A stretch of DNA of 64,000 bases from Octopus sinensis (GCF_006345805.1 NC_043010.1:27032001-27096000), one strand, 5' to 3'; positions 12,752 to 26,236 are shown, numbered from the stretch's first letter. Made by a program: numbers and translations. The notes: generated by a model not told the origin, from the sequence alone.

Positions 12752-12898
12752 TTATTTACTTGCTACAACTTTTTTTATTCCTATACACTTTTAAGAACGT
12801 AGATGAAAATTTATGGATGCAAAAAGGAATCACATCAGTAAATTTTCATCTACATTCTTAAAAGTGTATAGGAATAAAAAAAGTTGTAGCAAGTAAAT

Positions 12899-12899
<1 letters not shown>
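12752..12899. repeat. Inverted repeat, arms about 60 bp
   Basis: atttacttgctacaactttttttattcctatacacttttaagaacgtagatgaaaattta versus taaattttcatctacattcttaaaagtgtataggaataaaaaaagttgtagcaagtaaat. Confidence 0.9.
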
Positions 12900-12953
<54 letters not shown>

Positions 12954-12962
12954 CATACACAC

Positions 12963-13172
12963 ATGAGGGAATACTGAAAAGTTTCTGGCTCTAAAGGTAT
13001 TGAGAAAGGCCTGGTTGGAGGCCCAACCTTATGAGTTCTTTTACAGAGATTAGAAAAACTGAAGGACCGTGTATGAATCTGAGAGGGGAATTTGTTGAAT
13101 AAAATCATAATTAATTGATTCTCCTGTATTTTCTTTTAACCAAAGCCAGGAACTTTTCAGTACCCCACTTGT
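12963..13172. mobile_element. mariner-type MITE (other copies at about 42397-42617 and 48912-49050)
   Basis: TIRs gagggaatactgaaaagtttctggct / agccaggaacttttcagtacccc; the same internal sequence recurs in the other copies. Confidence 0.75.
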
Positions 13173-13927
13173 ATGTATATGTATACATATAAATTTGACA
13201 TGGGCGATTCTTTCTTGTCTTGGGATTCAGTCAAAGCTGGGTGGAATTGGGTAAAAAATTACACAGATGTGTAGAATGATCCAGTGGTGATGCTGGGCTT
13301 TGTATTTTTTCATAGCTCCTATGTTTACCAAGATAATCTACTATAATAATACTCTTGTGTTTATGAATGAGAAAGGAAGGGGTGATAGATGAATAAGGAA
13401 GGAAGGAGTGACGTCATACTTGGTAGTGGGATGAAAATTGTAGGCTGAAAAAATAAATCAAATAGCATTTCAACCGTGTGACTATATCTGTGTGTATGTA
13501 AAAGGGGGTATGTGAATGTGTGTGTGCGTGTGTGTGTGCATCTGCGTGCACAATGGAAGTGGGATGGTCCATCTTTGTTTACTTAGTATTTGGGTTGATT
13601 TTTTGATTTGGTTGAATCTTGGTTGATTAATTTGTTTTTGTTGGTCAGTTATTTTTAGCATTTTGACAGAAAAAAAGTCATTCTAAAATTGTGTTTTAAC
13701 GTAAGCATGCCCAAACAAGTCAAATGCTTACACAGAGCAGGTTTTACAGCCACATCATTCAAACCGACCAGGTGAAACCAGGCTTAGCTGCTAGTGTATA
13801 TATATATATATATGTGTGTCTGTATATAGTCAGGTATCTGTGAAATAGCAATTATGCTATGCCATTAGCTCACCTGTCTTCAGGTTGTTTTTTTCTTTTC
13901 TTCCATTCCTCCACTTCCTGTTTACTG

Positions 13928-13995
13928 GTGCAAAAATCAAAAAGAGATGATAAAAGAATGATTATCACAGCCCAACATTTCCTTAAAGATTTCAA
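13928..13995 (+). CDS. Candidate exon (VQKSKRDDKRMIITAQHFLKDFK); acceptor uncertain
   Basis: Donor AA|gtatgt at 13996 is phase 2, exactly matching the phase-2 start of exon 14116. A long polypyrimidine tract ends in ctg, not cag, at 13925-13927. Confidence 0.5.
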
Positions 13996-14115
13996 GTATG
14001 TTCCTGATGTTGTTGTTGTACCAAAATTCTTTGGAATTGTTGTGGTGCCATACTATTTGGTAAGCTGTTGTCATATTGTTTCCTTCCATTTCAATCTTCT
14101 GTTCCTTGTTTACAG

Positions 14116-14281
14116 GCGCCAGAAGCAAAAAGAGGCAATCAAAGAAGACTCTCATTCTAAAATATTTGATGATGAAATAAATGTTCTTCAGAGGCTGTTA
14201 GAGGAGAAACGGTCTCGAAGACTAAAGTGCATGCAGCCATCTTCAAAACAAAACAGCAGAAAGAGCTCACCTCACAAACAG
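14116..14281 (+). CDS. Internal exon of host gene (RQKQKEAIKEDSHSKIFDDEINVLQRLLEEKRSRRLKCMQPSSKQNSRKSSPHKQ)
   Basis: Acceptor ttccttgtttacag and donor CAG|gtattt; 166 nt, open in one frame, coiled-coil-like. Confidence 0.7.
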
Positions 14282-14397
14282 GTATTTATGTTATGTTTAT
14301 ATGACAAGAGAGTTAACAATTTCAGGCCTAAAACCACCAGAGACATGTCACTTTCAAGAAAAATAGGCCCAGCACTGTTACATACATACATATATAC

Positions 14398-17300
14398 TTT
14401 TAGATCCTTGTAGTGGATATATAATATAATGAAGCAGAGGGGAAGAAAGTATATGCACAATGTGCTACTATTACTATTACACAAGACTCAATGCTCTATA
14501 TCAAAGTCTCACAGTGAACTACTAACCAATACAAACTGCTGACAACCTGACAGTTGTCTATTTAATAGAAATGTCTCAGTTCACTTTTGGTTAGAATCCT
14601 TCCACAACATCTCCCCTTTTTAGACTCAGTCTCCCCTATCTTCTCCCCTTTTGAGAATTGAACTCCACTCCGAGTTTTAATATCCCTTACGTTTAAGGTT
14701 CAATTGCAGTGTTTCCGTTCTTTCCCGTTTTCTAGTGCTAGAATGTGTAGTTTTAAGTTGTTGAGTGTTGGTACTTCAAACATTTCATACAATACTTCCT
14801 TTGGGATTTCATTTCTGTTTTTTCTGTGAATCTTTTTTTTTTAGTTGGCTAATATGTCTTTTGTATTCAACATATTTTCCTTTTACCAGGAATATCATTC
14901 TTCCAGTTTGTTTAATTATTACACCGTCCTCCCAGCTTTCTTTACCATGTCTATAGGTTTTAAAAAAACTTTGTCATCTAACTTGAAGAATTTTGAAGTA
15001 TTTTTATTGCTCACCTTTTCTTTATTTTTGTTCAGTATCAGCTTATTAAAGACAGATCTGACCTTTCTAGCAAATATTAATTCTGCAAGTGACATTCCTG
15101 ATGTTGTATTTAGATTAGGTGTTGCTAGGTACATTCTTAGAAATTGTTGGAGTACAAAATAGTCCATCACTTCATTGTTCACCTTTTTCAATGCCCTCTT
15201 AAAAATGTCAACGAATCACTCGACTTGTCTATTTGACCTAGGGTGGTAAGGCAGAGTGGTGACATGTTTGATGACGAATATTTGGCAAAATTTTCTGAAC
15301 TTATCTGATGTGAACTGGGTTTCTTTACCCAACACAATGGTATCAGGAATACCATACCTGGTAAACAATTCATGTAAAAAAACTTATTGTAACCACAGAT
15401 GTCAGCTTTTTACATTCATGCACTTCCAGCCACTTTGAAAAACTATCTACCATGACAAGGTAATATGAACCCTTAAGTGGACCTGCATATGTAGTATGTA
15501 GTCTGGCTCATGGAACATCCATTTTTGGCCATGGTTGTCATTTAGTGGTAGGTGATTTTGCAGCTAAGACACACTCACTGCATGCTTTCACTGATTCTTC
15601 AGTGTCACGGTCCTTTGTTGACCAATATACATAACTTCTCATTATTGATTTCATTCTCGAAATCCTTTGGTGACCCATATGAAATTCCTTTAATAATCAC
15701 TTTTTTTAGTGTGGCTGGCACTACGACTATTTGTGCATACATCAACACATTGTCACACAGTGTGAAATGGTTTGCATTTGTGTTATGCATATTTTTATCT
15801 CTTTTAGCCATCAATATTTCTTTCAATTTTTATAATAAATTTATCATTTTCCAATTTCAATTTTATGTCTTGTAAAGTAACTGGCAGTTCATGAATGATG
15901 TTACACAAAACATTTTCATTTTCATTTTCCACTTGCAAAGCAGCAATCACAGCATCTTCAAATGGTTCCACACTTTTCAAAATCAGTCTTGATAGACAAT
16001 CCATATAACCTAGTTTCTTGGATGGTATAAACTCCATCTTGAAATCATAATTTAATAATGTCATACCCCAGCTTTGTAACCTATTAGCAGTAAGGATAGG
16101 AATTCCTTTTTTCAACCCAAATATTGATAATAATGGACAGTGAGCAGTTTGTAGATGAGAACGTCTATCATGTAAAAATCTGTGAAATTTTTCACGGCAA
16201 AAATAATCGCTAGAACTTCTTTTTTGATTTGACTATTATTCCTCTCTGCTGATATTAGAGAACATGAGGCATGAACCATCGCCTTCATGTTACCATCTTT
16301 ATATTTATGTAGCATTACTGCTCTTATACCATACTCAGAGGCATCTGAAGCTACACCAATCTCTGCGGCAGTATTGAAATGTGCTAACAACAAATCCAAT
16401 GTTAGTATTTTTTTTATTTCATCAAATGCCTTTTGACAGTTTTCCATTTCATATTTTTTTTAGCAGATTATTCAGTGGAGCCCTCACCTTCTGCATATTT
16501 GGAATATAATTTTGCTAATAATTTGTCAATCCTAAAACTGCTTGTAAGGTTGCTATATTAGTTGGAGTGGGCATATTTTTAATTGCATCATGCCCTCAGT
16601 AGATATGGTCAATGTCCATTTTTGTCAATGATTTGTCCTAAATATCTTATTTTCGGTAAGAAAAATTCACACTTTTCTTCACTCAAAGTAAAGCAGTAAT
16701 CCTTAATTTTTTCTAATACATATTTTACATGCTCTACATGTTGATCCCTGGATTCGCTTTTAATGAGTATATCATCCAGATAAGGAATTGTGAATTCATA
16801 GTCCACAAACATTGCATCAATGATCTGTTGAAAATTCGCTGGTGCGACTTTTAAGACAAATGGGAACCTGTTGTATTTATACAGTCCCTTATGTGTGTTA
16901 ATTGTTATGTATTTAGAGCATTCATCGTCTACTCTAATTTGTAGGTACACGTCAGAGAGATCCAATTTAGAAAAAAATCTTGCCACCATTCTCCAGAGTA
17001 AGTAGTGGATAGTGGCACATTTTAAGACATTCATTTAAACCAGTGGAAAAACTGGAGCACTCTCTGATTTTATTATTCATTTTCTTAATGTACACAGTTG
17101 GTGCTGTTCATTTTTTGGATAACTATAATTTTTTCTAGTCTCTCTAAGTTTATCTGTTCTAATGCTATGAATGGTACATTCATTTTTGCTTATGGTGTCT
17201 TCTTATATTTGAAACTGCGTCTTTATTTTCGTACATAGACCTAATTTATCAGACAGAACTTCAGGAAAAACTTTTTATAAATTTTTTCAATTCGTCTGAT

Positions 17301-18907
17301 GACTTATTTGTACTGGAGTTAAAACCAATCACCCTTTTACAGAAAAGATTTATGGAGAGGTCCCATAAGTTAAACAATTCCATCCAGTTAGTACCAAACA
17401 AGCTTGTTGTATTATTTAGCACAAAAACTTTAGCCTTTAAGGTTTTTTCCACAAGGTTTTTTCTACTTGTCAATTTGCCTTTAAAATACAATTTTTTCTT
17501 TAAACATCACAGACAATTTTTGAGGTTTCATTTAATTTAGGTCTCCTGATCTTTTTCCATGTATCTGTGTTAATTATTGGGATGCTACTGCCTGTATCCA
17601 ATTGTAACTTTACGTTTGTGTTATTAATTTTTACATACACAAATTTTTCTTTAAGGCTCGTTTGTATTTTTTGTCACTGATAATCTGTTTGCATATTTTT
17701 TGTTGAACCATTTTTTAGGTTCTGTCTTACAGGGCAACTTTTTATGGCCAATTTGACCACACTTGTAGCACTTTATATTTTTAAGTGGACAGTTATTTTT
17801 AAAATGAAGACCATCGCACCCATATCATGGATTTGGTCTTGATATTTTTTGTCTATTTTTTTATTCGTTACTGGTTGACATGCACGAATATAAGAACAAT
17901 CTTTCTCTTCAACTTTATTTGCATCATGTCATAGATTAATAATCCTCTGACATTCTTCTGCTACTTCCTGCAGAGTTAAATTTTGGTCCTGTTCTAATTT
18001 TGTTAATATCTGGGAGCATGTATCTGCTTCTTTGTTTGCAGTAAACCCTTGAACAAAAATTAAAGACTTGAACATGTCTGGGGTTAACTCATTCAATTTG
18101 AATTTCTCACACTTCCTGTAAACCATTCCGGCATAAGTGACAAAATCTTCATCATCTTTTTTGACCAAATTTAAACATTGCCAGCAAGTACTGAACAGGG
18201 AACTTCTGTCACTGAAAAAGTTCAGTAAAATATTAACTGTTTCATTGAAACAAATCTCAGCTTCTTCAGCAGAATATAATTACTTTTAATTTTCATGTTC
18301 AGCAGGGGATGACTTTCTTTAAAGTATTTATGCTGTTTTCTTGTCACACCAACTTTTACACTCTTCTTTGAAGATTTCTTCGTATCTACGAAACTATGCA
18401 GAGAAGATAATCCCTCCTTCTGGAATTTAGCTGAATTCTTCATTTGAATTTGTTATGCTGTCTGACAGGTATGAACCTGCAGTATTTTCAGACTTCTTCA
18501 GCAATAATTCCAGCAACTGTTGGTTTTGTTGTAGTTGCTGCTGTTGCTGCTGCTGTAGTTGCTGTTGCAACTGCACTATAGAGGCCAATATGTTCTCTGT
18601 GTTAAATATTTTTCTTTGGTTTTGTACCAAAAAAAGACTTTTTTAAACATCCAATGCAAGCTTTGAACAACTCATCACCACTTTTAGATCCTTACATTGG
18701 ATATATAATATAACGAAGCAGGAGAGATGAAAGTATCAACACAATGTGCTACTATTACTATTACGCAAGACTCAATGCTCTATATCAAAGGCTCACAGTG
18801 AACTGCTAACCAACACAAACTGCTGACAACTCGACAGTTGTCTATTTAATAGAAATGTCTCAGTCCACTTTTAGCCACATGGGGGTGGTCGGAATCCTTC
18901 CACAACA
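14398..18907 (-). mobile_element. Gypsy/Ty3 LTR retrotransposon (Mag-like), decayed, both LTRs present
   Basis: LTRs at 14398-14609 and 18682-18907 (start TGTTGTGG on - strand); PPT aaaaaggggaga at about 14610-14621; PBS-like tggtgatgag at 18671-18680; near-TSD tatac/catac. Internal gag CCHC (CYKCGQIGH), protease LDTGS, RT YLDD, RNase H DASEYG and integrase remnants. Confidence 0.95.
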
Positions 18908-18970
18908 CATACATATATATACATACATATACATACATACATATGATTTTTTATGTATATATGTACATAT

Positions 18971-19002
<32 letters not shown>

Positions 19003-19329
19003 GCAGGCAGGCAGACAGACAGATATTTACATATATATATAAATATCTATTGCAAACACACACACACACACATTAACACAATATTTAAATATGGACTAGT
19101 ATTAATTTCATGCTGTGAAATTACAATAAACTGACAAGCTTATACATCAAGCCTTATAGAAACACAAAGCTTGATGTATAAGGTTGCCAGTTTATTGTGT
19201 TTCCACAGCATGAAATTAATAACAGCTCATATTTAAATACTATGTATATTAGATGATGTTTTTCTCTCGATGGATAGAGTAATTTTTTTATGGTTTCACC
19301 AATAACAGAACAGTAAATTATGTGTGCAT

Positions 19330-19374
<45 letters not shown>

Positions 19375-20574
19375 TACATACAATCTGTAAGTAAAGCAGT
19401 AGAGATGTGCAAGACTTTTCTCAAGTTTAGAACATGACATTGTTTTTGTTATCTACATTCGCAATGATGGAGTGTTGTTCCTTTGTTAGAAACCAGCCCC
19501 TTGCTCAGAGGAAGAATTTAAAGAATTAAAGATCAATAGAATCAATCAATTTAAAGATCAATAGAAATACTAGGCTTAAGAATATATGTCCTGTGGTCAA
19601 TTTGCTTGACTGAAAAACCCTCCAAGAGATGCTCCAGGATGGCCACAGTGTGTTGACTGAAAGAAGTAAAATAATATATATATCATCATCATCATCATCA
19701 TTTAGTATCCACTTTTCCATACTGGCATGGGTTGGACAGTTTGACAGAATCCAGTGAACTGCTATCATGCTCCATGTGAGGTCTGACATGGTTTTTATGC
19801 CTTAATAGGTACGTGAAAACAGTACTGTGAATTAAACAGACTTTTAGATCCGTTGGAATATTTTTGGTTTGGGGTACATTTGATTTGTACAATGGCCATT
19901 TTCACTGCAGTTTGCCATGGAGAAAATTCTGCCTTTAGGCAACATGTGTTAAAACATCAAAATACCAACAGTCATTTCAATGAACCCTTTCTAGACTGAT
20001 GAATTTATTTCAAGCTACTTTGCTCTCATAAGCACCGGTGACTAAAAGGGAGGCAACTCTGAAATGACTTTAGAAGGCATTTGTTTTTGAAGGGTTTTGC
20101 AGTCAAGCAAATTGACCCCCAGGACTTATTTATTCTATCAATCTCTTTTGCCAAACTGCTACGTAAACACATCAATGCTAGTTGTCTAGCAGTGATAGCG
20201 GAGACAAACACACATAGATATGCACACACACACACACATATCTGTCTATCTATCTATCTATATATATATATATATATATAAGTATATACGACAGGCTTCT
20301 TTCAATTTCCGTCTACCATATCCACTCACAAGTCTTTGGTTGACCCAAGACTATAGTAGAAGACATTTGCCCAAAGTGCCATGCGGTGGGACTGAACTGT
20401 CTGCTGATTATGTGCAATGCCATCAGGCTGGAACAATGTATTATAGTATAAAAGCAATGATGGGATTTAAACAAGATTTTAGTTCAGCTCAAATATGATT
20501 GGGACATATTTGGTTCTTAATAAAGCCATATTTGAACTGATCTAAAAGCTTGTTTAATTTATAAACATATATAT

Positions 20575-20965
20575 AGGTGCAGGAGTGGCTGTGTGGTATG
20601 TAGCTTGCTTACCAACCACATGGTTCCGGGTTCAGTCCCACTGCGTGGCACCTTGGGCAAGTGTCTTCTGCTATAGCCTCGGTCCAACCAATGCCTTGTG
20701 AGTGGATTTGGTAGACGGAAACTGAAAGAAGCCTGTCGTATATATATGTATGTGTGTGTATGTTTGTGTGTCTTTGTTTGTCCCCCTAGCATTGCTTGAC
20801 AACTGATGCTGGTGTGTTTACGTCCCCGTCACTTAGCGGTTCGGCAAAAGAAACCGATAGAATAAGTACTGGGCTTACAAAGAATAAGTCCCGGGGTCGA
20901 TTTGCTTGACTAAGGGTGGTGCTCCAGCATGGCTGCAGTCAAATGACTGAAACAAGTAAAAGAGA
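20575..20965 (+). mobile_element. Family A SINE, full length
   Basis: Same head, core and tail as 7831-8245; further copies at 20030-20400(-), 22722-23095(-), 30773-31180, 43045-43365, 48503-48862 and 54905-55575(-). Confidence 0.9.
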
Positions 20966-21057
20966 GAAAGAGTAATATATATATCTATATATATATACAC
21001 ATTATTTACATTTGACAGATATTTGTCCTCATCTTGTTTGTTGTTAACACAGACTTT

Positions 21058-21164
21058 TGGCATAGTGGGCTACTAGTAGCATGGGCTACTAACCCCAAGA
21101 TTCCAATTTTGATTCCAGGCAGTGACCTGAATACTATTACTACTACTACTACTACTACTACTAC

Positions 21165-21212
<48 letters not shown>

Positions 21213-21352
21213 CGACGACAACGACAACGACAAAAAATACCTTAGGAATGAGAACCCATGTTCAAAATTTCCCCAAGACACCTGATGAAGGCTGGAGGGT
21301 ATATCAGCTGAAATGTTGTGTTAACAACAAACAAGATGAGGACAAGTATATA
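21058..21352 (+). mobile_element. tRNA-derived SINE carrying a hammerhead motif; inverted tail fragment at 21001-21050
   Basis: Homologous to 3895-4158(-): ctactaaccccaagat...gattccaggcagtgacctgaata, (taa)n, ccttaggaatgagaa..., then the HHR core. Confidence 0.8.
21277..21322 (+). ncRNA. Minimal type I hammerhead ribozyme motif (CpG-decayed)
   Basis: GACAC CUGAUGA A GGCUG gagggtatat CAGCU GAAA UG UU^ GUGUU. Stem I is GACAC/GUGUU; the ancestral stem III is likely the palindrome AACGUU. Confidence 0.65.
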
Positions 21353-21989
21353 AGTTTATATATCTATATCATCATCAGCAGCAGCAGTATCATTATCATT
21401 TAACATCCATTTTCCATGCTGGCGTGGGCTGGACAGCTTGACTAGAGTTGGAAAACCAAAAAGCTGCACCAGGCACCAATTGTCTGTTTCAGCAAATGCC
21501 AACCACCTTACAGAGTGTACTGGGTGCTTTTTACATGGCACCAGCACCAGCATTAGTGTAGTCAAGAAATAGGTGGCAAAACAAAAAGCTCTCCGCTGAG
21601 AGAGGAAGTGGAACCAAGAGAAATAACTGTGTGTCAGGTGAGAGGTTCAAGTATGATAGAGCGACTATCAGCAATTTAAAACTGACAAGGAAATGATTCC
21701 CCATCTCTAAAGAGTGACAAGGGTGCAGTGAGCACCAGCATTGCTAGAAATAGGAGTCATAGATGCTTTAGCCACAGAAAGTATGTGGTCTCTTTGTATT
21801 GACAGGGGAGACAAGACTTCACTCCGTAAGTGAGATGCATTTGATTAACATACTAATTTCATGTAGGAAATTAATACTCATCACTAATGCTCACTCCATT
21901 ACGGCAGGTGGAGGCTAACTTACACCTGTCAATATTATAGAGAATGCCGTAGGAATCAGTGACTGATTTCACAAAATGGTGATGTGAAA

Positions 21990-22029
<40 letters not shown>

Positions 22030-22264
22030 TATATATTATATATATATATATATTTTACTGCAATGGTTTGTGTCAATTTTTACAATTCTGTAAATAATAA
22101 TAATAGTGTGGATAAAACCTACTTTTATCCTTCGAGGGCTTATATGCCCCATTGTTAAACTATTTTCTTTAGTCATTGCATGGTGATCGCTTATGAGCTT
22201 GAAGCTTATAAAATACTGTTATTATTATCTACAGGATATTCATATATATATATAGAGAGAGAGA

Positions 22265-22592
22265 TGTACTCGCATAGCAAGTAATTTGATCTGAGATCGT
22301 GTGCTGAAACGAAAACAATTGCAGCGTGGAAGGTGTTTATAAGCCATTTAAGAAACACACAAAAGCCGTTCGATTCACTTCAACATTTAAGTTTAATTTG
22401 TCAAAATATTTTCGTCGCTAAAATCCACGACCTGTTCACTGACAAAGTCCGTGATGCAGCACGGACTTTGTCAGTGAACAGGTCGCGGATTTTAGCGACG
22501 AAAATATTTTGACAAATTAAACTTAAATGTTGAAGTGAATCGAACGGCTTTTGTGTGTTTCTTAAATGGCTTATAAACACCTTCCACGCTGA
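22265..22592. mobile_element. Foldback element with about 130-bp near-perfect inverted arms
   Basis: cagcgtggaaggtgtttataagcc... at 22321 mirrors ...ggcttataaacaccttccacgctg ending near 22591; centre gtccgtg atgcag cacggac. Confidence 0.9.
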
Positions 22593-23587
22593 AATTATAT
22601 ATATATATATATATATATAGTGATTGAAGGGGATCTATTTAAAGACCAAAGCATATCAAAGTGAAGCACACCCTGATGGTTTGACAGTATGACTCAGATC
22701 AATACTCTTTTACAATTTTACTTGTTTCAGTCATTTGACTGCAGCCATGCTAGAGCACCACCTCTTTGTTGATCAAATCGACCCCAGGACTTATTCTTTG
22801 TAAGCCTAGTACTTATTCTATCGGTCTCTTTTGCCAAATTGCTAGGTTATGGGGACGTAAACACACCAGCATTGGTTGTCAAGTGATGTTGGGGAGACAA
22901 ACACAGACACACATACATATACACATACATACATATATAGACAGGCTTCTTTCAGTTTCCATCTACTAAATCCACCCACAAGGCTTTGGTCGGCCCGAGG
23001 CTATAGTAGAAGACACTTGCCCAAGGTGCCACGCAGTGGGACTGAACCCGGAACCATGTGGTTGGTAAGCAAGCTACATACCACACAGTCACTCCTATGC
23101 CTACGGTAAACAATCCATTCCATTTGTAAAGTGTTCATCAATGAAGGGAAGACCGCTGGTGTCTGGTAAGCTGCAAATCCATGGGTATCTCAGATCAAGT
23201 GGAACTTTCAGCATGGCATCATATAATAATAAAAATACAGACAAATGGATTACAGGGTCTCGTTGCAATGTTTCATTTGGAGATTTTATGGGGTAATGTT
23301 GGACATCGAGTTATGTAAGACATACAACATCTATGTCATTATGCAAAACATTATTATTATATTAACTCCAGATCATAAGGCAGCTGTATGCAGGTCATTA
23401 TCTGATATGTTGTCGGAAAGAAATGAAGGACACTGCTTGTCATTTACAACTATCAGGAAATGTTAAGACAAGGACTCAAACACACACATATAATTCTGCA
23501 TACGCACACACAAGCAGATATATATGAATGGATATGTATATGTATGTATATATGTGTGTGTGTATATATGTGTATATATATATATAT

Positions 23588-23892
23588 ATCACCGTGACTG
23601 ACCAGGCTATCAGATGTTGCTACACATCGCTGGTCAAAATGCGCTTCGCATTGTTTTAGCCTTCAAACGACGCCACCCCGATGGCTAAGCGAGCAGGCCA
23701 ACAGAAGAAAGAGTGAGAGAAAGTTGTGGCGAAAGAGTACAGCAGGGATCGCCACCAGCCCTTGCCAGAGCCTCGTGGAGTTTTAGGTGTTTTCACTCAA
23801 TAAACACTCACAACGCCCGGTCTGGGAATTTAAACCACGATCCTATGACCGTGAGTCCACTACCCTAACCACTGAGCCATTGCGTGCCTCCA
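23588..23892 (-). mobile_element. tRNA-derived SINE (third family)
   Basis: Minus head ggaggcacgcaatggctcagtggttagggtagtggactcacggtcataggatcgtggtttaaattcccagacc is tRNA-like, with degenerate A and B boxes. Confidence 0.7.
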
Positions 23893-23894
23893 CA

Positions 23895-23896
23895 TG

Positions 23897-23927
<31 letters not shown>

Positions 23928-26050
23928 ATATGTATATATATGTATGTATGTGTGTGGGCGTGCGTCGTGTGTGTGTGTGTGTGCGTGTATACACACACAC
24001 ATGCATGCATGCACGCGCGCACACCTACATACATACATACACGCACAAACATACACACACACATACATACCCACACACATACATACACACATACACATAC
24101 ATACACAAGACATACATACACACAGACATACACCCATACACTCACACACACATACATACACACCCACATACACACGCACACACATACATACACACCTACA
24201 CTCCCACATACATACATACATACACACCTACATACACACGCACACGCATACATACACACACACACACGCATACATACATTACATACGTACACACACATAC
24301 TTACATACATTCATACCTTCACTCATACATACATACACACACACACAAACATACACAGACACACACCCATACATACATACACACATACATACACACATAC
24401 ACTTATACACACACGCCTACACACATACATACACACACACATACATACACACACATACACACACATATACGCACATACACATATACTTACACACATGCAC
24501 ACACACATACATATGCACATGCATGCATACATGCATTCATACACACACACACACGCATGCACACATACATACATACACACACACACACGCATGCACACAT
24601 ACATACATACACACACACATACATACATACATACACACACACTTCCACACATACACATATACATACATACACACACACATACACACACATACATACATAC
24701 ACACATACACATACACATATACACACACACATACTTACATACACTCATACGGACACACGTACACACAGACATACACACTCACACATACACACATACACAC
24801 ACACATACCTACACACACACATGCATGCACGCGTGCACGCACACATACATACATGCATGCACGCACGCCTGTGGGTTCTGGCTATATCTCGGATTCCTGT
24901 CTGGGCCGGCGCGTTGTGCCTGGGGTTTCTCTTATGCCTGTCACCGCAGGAGTATTTTCCATCATTCCTTCAGTTGCGAAGTGTTTCCTTGCATGCATAT
25001 ACACTACCGTCAGAAATTAATTAGCACCCTTGATTTGCTCTTCACTCAAGGTATGTGCTGTCACCTAGTGGCCATATCTTGAACTATTGCTTTGTTGCGA
25101 GTTCACTGTTGCGCAGAACGATGACGTAACTTTGTTTGCAGAGCAGTTTGAGAGTCTACAGCCTTATGATGTTGACATAGCAGTGCAACAACAACTTGGA
25201 GTGCGGATGCAGACAAATCTTCCTTTGTTTAATAAATATAGGTAGCGCCTCGCAAGGACCGAAATCACACCATACTAAGTTTTCTCATCGTGTAAGACGT
25301 TTTGAACAGCTCATAGGTTAATTGATTTAACCTATTTAATGTAGAAATTTGAGAAGTGCTAATTAATTTCTGACGCAAGTGTATATACACTCACATAAAC
25401 ATATAAACACACATATAATACCCCTACATTTTGTACACACACGCACATACATACATACATTCACTCCCATGCACTCACACACACACATTTACATATATAT
25501 ATACAATACACGCACACACACTTACACACGTACAAACACACACGAATTCACATACACACCAACACATACATACACACAACATATACCTCCACGCGCATGC
25601 ACACATACACATACGTACACACATATAAGCACAGACACACACATACATACGCACACAAAACCATGCGCACACATACGCACGCACACATACATACATGCAC
25701 ACAGTTATACATATACGCACATATAAGCACACACACACACCCACACATACACTTAGTTAAGCACAGTTACTCGCCATACACACAAAAAAACGCACACGTA
25801 CACACACATACTACAACTAAACACACACACGAAACATATACACGCACACACACATTCATTCTTGTTTCTGACCTGTGACTCGCTAGCCTTCGCCCACCAT
25901 ATACACACATACACACACACGCACACACTCACACACACACCCTTGTCATCTCGCACACCTTTGCTACTGCTGTTTGCCCTTGCCTTCACCCACCATATAC
26001 ACACACACGCACACACTCACACACACACCCTTGTCATCTCGCACACTGTT
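23895..26050. repeat. Giant compound (CA)/(TACA)/(TA) microsatellite field
   Basis: About 2 kb of acac/atac units, interrupted by 24870-25380; source of the H/T/Y/I-rich ORFs. Confidence 0.95.
25002..25381. mobile_element. 380-bp Tc1/mariner-type MITE
   Basis: TIRs cactaccgtcagaaattaattagcac / gtgctaattaatttctgacgcaagtg, with TA on both sides. Confidence 0.8.
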
Positions 26051-26201
26051 GTTTACCTTCCTTCTTTTTCTGCTCTCTTGTCTTTGAAAACCTGCACCCT
26101 CTTGTTTACTACTTCCGCCTTTTCAGTATGTTGACCTCGTGAAGACCACTTGCATTTTTTTTCCCTCTGTCCTCCCACCTCGGGATCTTTCTTTCTCCTA
26201 T

Positions 26202-26236
26202 GTTTCCGACGAAGAGCTCCGCTCGAAACGTCATAC
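26202..26236 (+). ncRNA. Minimal hammerhead-like motif (U4C core variant) in a Penelope-type terminal repeat fragment (about 26095-26330)
   Basis: GUUU CCGACGA A GAGC ucc GCUC GAAA CG UC^ AUAC; palindromic ACGU stem III; stem I has one mismatch. Confidence 0.5.

Noticed and set aside
13859-14413. Single-exon 184-aa gene
   Set aside because: The ORF reads through a 120-nt intron and into an LTR; better explained as two exons in one frame.
23787-26016. Long His/Thr/Tyr-rich ORFs (up to 431 aa)
   Set aside because: Translations of (CA)/(TACA) microsatellite in all frames; no coding signal. The same applies to poly-Y/I, poly-M/D, poly-N and ER-repeat ORFs elsewhere.
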